Part shown: piece after piece, positions 62,710 through 64,000 of the stretch | Layout: each line of letters starts with the position of its first letter | How positions within the stretch are numbered: position 1 is the first letter of the stretch | NCBI GenBank assembly: GCA_001949185.1 | Contig: BDGG01000002.1 | Location: 2,415,826 to 2,479,825 of the forward strand | Length of the DNA: 64,000 bases | Source of the DNA: Ramazzottius varieornatus | Taxonomy: Eukaryota; Animalia; Tardigrada | Direction: 5' to 3' | The notes under the pieces: generated by a model | Database searches by the model: none | Seen by the model: the letters and a program-made list of their open reading frames with translations, nothing else | What the model was told of the DNA's origin: nothing | Translations under genes and position numbers: made by a program

Positions 62710-63664
62710 TTAACTTGCCACCAGCCAAACATTTACCGTATAGCTTGCAATAAACAAAAGAAAGTGCAAAAAACAAAAGAAAGTTTCTTGAAGTCTAGCT
62801 TTACCTTGGTGAAGGCACGCGGCTTTTTGGACCGTCCTATGACAAGGGGAGGAAGCTTCTCGCCGGACGAACTGCAGCAGAGCATGACCGATATCCGTTC
62901 CGTCACTTTCTTTCCGCCTTTCATCCTTTGTCAAACCTTAAGAAGAGTCTTTCGAGGCGTAGAGCGACAGTAGCTTCCGGTTTCATCACAATTGAAAATG
63001 TCAGCGTTCTTGTATTCCTGAAGGATCTCAGGCAATTTGTCCCTTATCCAGTCTTCCGCGACTTTGGGATCACTTCCTGCTTCTTCGCCTGCAAGTAATG
63101 CTGTACTACTACAGAACTTCAGAGAAGTTACTTTGAGAGGTAGAATTTTACCTTGCAAAACCACTGTCTGAAGCTGGTTTCTTCTAAGGACACCAGAAAC
63201 CCATCCTTGACTGCCTTTGAAGTTTTCCGTATTCAAGTTGGTAGCTACGAGCCTTGCCTCCTCTTTCAGATCAGTGAATGATACAGGAAATCCCTTCTGA
63301 ATACAATCTCCATGGTTTTTCATAGCCGCTTCTTCAAGAACGTCGAACTTGCGCTTCCTGGATACGATACTTTTACCGCGAACGTTAGCCGGCAACGCGA
63401 GATACTTCTCTCGCTGTTTGCCAAGTTTTGCAATAGTCGATCGGGAGCGGATGTTGGACTTTTCCATGACTTCCCTCAGAATCACCTAACAAAAAAGAAA
63501 GGTCACCTCACGATCTCTGGTTCCGCTGCAAACATCGATGGTTTTACCTGCGATGGATATAGTTCCAGTATCTTTCGCTTTTCGTCCAACGTCAGCCTAT
63601 CGCCAGTCCTTCCTCGAGCAACAACAGTGGACCCATTACCAGCAGGATTAGAACCAGATGCCAT
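62710..63664 (-). mobile_element. pogo/Tigger (CENP-B-like) transposase remnant with two introns
   Basis: LTLDEKRKIL HTH, FKGSQGW, IFNCDETG, KGGKKVTERISVMLC, GEKLPPLVIGRSKKPRAF; in-frame stop; C-terminal DDE half absent. Confidence 0.88.
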
Positions 63665-64000
63665 CTCAGCGGTCAGCAAGACGAGTTCGCTGGAAACAGG
63701 GATTTGTCGGATGCAGAGATCAACCGGAAGTGCCTCTCGTCGTTTACTGCTTATCCGTGAGATATACTCCATCAAATGTCCTTTCTGTCGATCAAAGCTT
63801 CAGTCTATGGACGTATTCTCAACTCTTCACTGCTTGTCTGGGAAACACGCGACGCGGTAAGGAAAAGAAAGTTCGGAAATTTGAGAAGAAGAGCGAAAAG
63901 TAAATGCAACAGGCTGCCATTGTTGCGTGAATGAGCAAACAATCAATAAGGGCTATGGCGAGCAGTCTTGTGCTCACTATGATTTTGCAGTTTTGAAATC

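Overview
Eukaryotic (invertebrate animal) genomic DNA with short GT-AG introns. The compact gene layout and intron sizes would fit a tardigrade-like genome, but that is inference only. The first ~39 kb is gene-dense: two tandem CYP2-clan P450s, a heme peroxidase with Pro/Tyr-rich ends and a remodelled heme pocket, eRF1, adducin, Rpn10/PSMD4, a zeta-crystallin-like quinone reductase, an orphan gene, TAPT1 and an F-box-like gene. The ~40-64 kb part is rich in transposons and pseudogenes: a Cys-rich EB-like pseudogene, a BEN-like relic, hAT-type MITEs, a dead DD37D/maT element in a three-level nest, a Ly6-like gene, an F-box-like pseudogene, a degenerate LINE and an intron-containing pogo/Tigger transposase. 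The most unusual signal is a dispersed, mostly intronic ~49-bp palindrome, CAAGTGGCGCAC-N25-GTGCGCCACTTG. It has 12 copies here, 11 of them with a spacer of exactly 25 bp despite heavy spacer divergence. A second intronic family with unrelated arms (ACCTGCATAC-N~29-GTATGCAGGT) has almost the same geometry. All gene models and coordinates were derived by eye.
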